A stretch of DNA of 57,981 bases from a virus. Its lineage: Duplodnaviria; Caudoviricetes. The position numbers were made by a program, and so were the translations under genes. Below, one piece after another: positions 56,114-57,981 of the stretch (positions within the stretch are counted from its first letter, which is position 1; every line of letters starts with the position of its first letter). The notes under the pieces are model-generated. The model searched no databases, was not told where the DNA came from, and was given only the letters and a program-made list of their open reading frames with translations. Where the stretch lies: the IMG/VR virus record IMGVR_UViG_3300020439_002263, positions 1-57,981 of that record. One strand, written 5' to 3'.

Positions 56114-57948
56114 GCGGCACCTCCTTGAAGCTTGAACAGCGCCATCACTTGTTCGACCAACTTCGTAGTTCTGGCATCAATCTGGGCTACGCTCCAGCTC
56201 TGCGCGGCTGCCAGGTCTTCATTGAGCTTGAGGCCATTTTTATAGCCGACCGCACGGCCTTGCCGGTCGGTTCGGTCTCGCTTCTCTTCAAAACTCTTGT
56301 TACCAAGGGCACTGTTGAATCCGGATATGGTCAGATTGCCCAATTTGTGAACATGAGTTTGTTGAACTTCCTTCGCCACCTGCTTGTCTCCATCGGCAAT
56401 CATGGCAACCCAGGACTGAGGAATGTTCTCGCCTTGCGGGAAGATATGCTCAATGGTCCAAACGAACTGTTTGTTCTCGAAGCGCCAGAGATCTACCCAG
56501 GTTTCCTTGGTCATGGTTTGTTCTGCCAAGGCGCACAGAATGAACCGTGTAACACCGGAGTTTTCTTCGTAAATCGGCCCTTCCAATTTTCGTTGGAACG
56601 ATTCATCAGAGGCTGAAATCTCGACGAGCTGATCTTGAATGGCCTGTGGGATTGCAGCGCCGGTAAGGCCATTCAGCTTATCGATGGTCGTCATGAACAG
56701 TCTGGTCAGATCCCGGGTTGGCGGGGTGTCCGTGAGATTACGACGAACAAAGAAGCGCACCAGCAAAGAGGCGATTGCCGAAAGATGATCGTTATTCAGT
56801 TGCAGCTCTTCCTTTCGAACCAAGAGATAGAGCATCAGCAGGTATGACGGCGCACCTTGAATTCGTTCCAGATCCTTAAGGGGTTTTTCCAGGCCGTTGA
56901 GTGCATCGTCCTGATTGCGCGACAGAATCAGCGCATAAAGTCGACCTGCTGAGCTGATCTTTTGCAGACAATCCTTCGCGTCATGATTGATAAGCTTTTC
57001 ATAGATCTGGATCAGGTTCGAACGAGTAGCCACGGGGACCTGATACACTGCTTTCAGCTCATCCTTGAAGGCGTTGTAGTATTGTCGGAAGAAACGCTCC
57101 TGAATGGAATAATCGTCCCCCAGGTAGCCGAGGAGACGATTCCAGTGGCCAAAGTAGTGATCGACCTTCCCCGGTTCAATGGATTCTAACCTAGCCAGCA
57201 GTTTATTTTTGATTAGGTCGATGGCTGTCAGGGGCATACCGCGATTGTTCAGCGATTCAAATAAGGTGTATGCGTCGGCGTGACTTGCCACCTCGATCTT
57301 GACCAGGCTCGCGTGGCTTACGTTGTCGAGGAACTCCATGATGGTCCCGAGCCGGTTATCCCACCCGTCAGTCATTTCATTGATGCGGTCCTGAAAATAC
57401 CGATAGGCACGGAATATCTTCCGGTTCCCGGCATAGGCGGGCACATCACACTCGCTGATAATGCCGGTCTCTGCTAGGACGGCCCGGTAATCGTTGTAGT
57501 TGTTGTTCTGGATCTGTGGAATCAGGCGAATCTGCTCGTCACCTTTTTTCAGGACCAACTTGCGTTTCAGGTTGATCAGTTCTACCCGTTGTTCGTCGTC
57601 CAGATCTGATTCATGGCTTTTGAAGGCGTGATAGATCGCAGCGAACAGCAGTGACAACGTAGTCAACCGCTGTTGGCCATCGACCAGCTCGAGTTTTTGC
57701 ACCGACAGCGCATCGGTCGATTGGTTGATGCAAATGATCGAGCCAAGAAAGTATCCTGGGTTATTCTCCAGCACATCGTCAAACAGGCTCTCCCACTGGT
57801 TTTTGCCCCAGGTGTATTCACGTTGGTAGCGAGGGATCGCGTACACCACACCCGCTTCGATATCGAAAAGCTGAGAGACCGGATAGTTATTTACGGATTT
57901 AATCTGTCCGTCTTCAAAGAAAGTTGGACTTTTTGCGGTCTGTGACAA
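56110..57948 (-). CDS. GmrSD-like DUF262 + DUF1524 (HNH) nuclease
   Basis: IPRYQREYTW, DGQQRLTT, FESLNNRG, IEHIFPQ, LGNLT...NSALGN. Confidence 0.92.
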   Translation of the reverse strand: MSQTAKSPTFFEDGQIKSVNNYPVSQLFDIEAGVVYAIPRYQREYTWGKNQWESLFDDVLENNPGYFLGSIICINQSTDALSVQKLELVDGQQRLTTLSLLFAAIYHAFKSHESDLDDEQRVELINLKRKLVLKKGDEQIRLIPQIQNNNYNDYRAVLAETGIISECDVPAYAGNRKIFRAYRYFQDRINEMTDGWDNRLGTIMEFLDNVSHASLVKIEVASHADAYTLFESLNNRGMPLTAIDLIKNKLLARLESIEPGKVDHYFGHWNRLLGYLGDDYSIQERFFRQYYNAFKDELKAVYQVPVATRSNLIQIYEKLINHDAKDCLQKISSAGRLYALILSRNQDDALNGLEKPLKDLERIQGAPSYLLMLYLLVRKEELQLNNDHLSAIASLLVRFFVRRNLTDTPPTRDLTRLFMTTIDKLNGLTGAAIPQAIQDQLVEISASDESFQRKLEGPIYEENSGVTRFILCALAEQTMTKETWVDLWRFENKQFVWTIEHIFPQGENIPQSWVAMIADGDKQVAKEVQQTHVHKLGNLTISGFNSALGNKSFEEKRDRTDRQGRAVGYKNGLKLNEDLAAAQSWSVAQIDARTTKLVEQVMALFKLQGGAA

Positions 57949-57981
57949 GGTGACGTTTCGGTCCTTTGTTGAGTTTAACCG

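Overview
Three stacked layers of mobile DNA at a tRNA-Thr(UGU) locus. (1) 1-38440: an apparently intact T7-like (Autographiviridae) prophage, all genes on the - strand, circularly permuted by integration. A tyrosine integrase (cut off by the window start) and a MarR-like regulator are at one end; the single-subunit RNA polymerase abuts the 3' half of tRNA-Thr (att) at the other. A single collapsed terminal repeat (~3997-4205) lies internally between terminase and early genes. Four copies of a phage promoter (TTAGGGTGCATCCTTACA) and three full copies of a palindromic operator (approx. TATTCCCACWWGTGGGAATA) outline a lysis/lysogeny switch. Several long intergenic regions fold into multi-stem RNAs. 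(2) ~38490-42600: a small second integrative element with its own integrase, an HNH-like gene and a Csx20-like (candidate ring nuclease) gene. (3) 42660-57981: a defence island with hipBA, phage pseudogene relics, an intact IS66 and the distal part of a BREX-type operon (GmrSD-like, PglZ, BrxL, HARE-HTH/Mrr, ABC-ATPase with HEPN-like tail, ADP-ribosylglycohydrolase, DUF2188). All family calls come from motif recognition by eye; no database searches were run.
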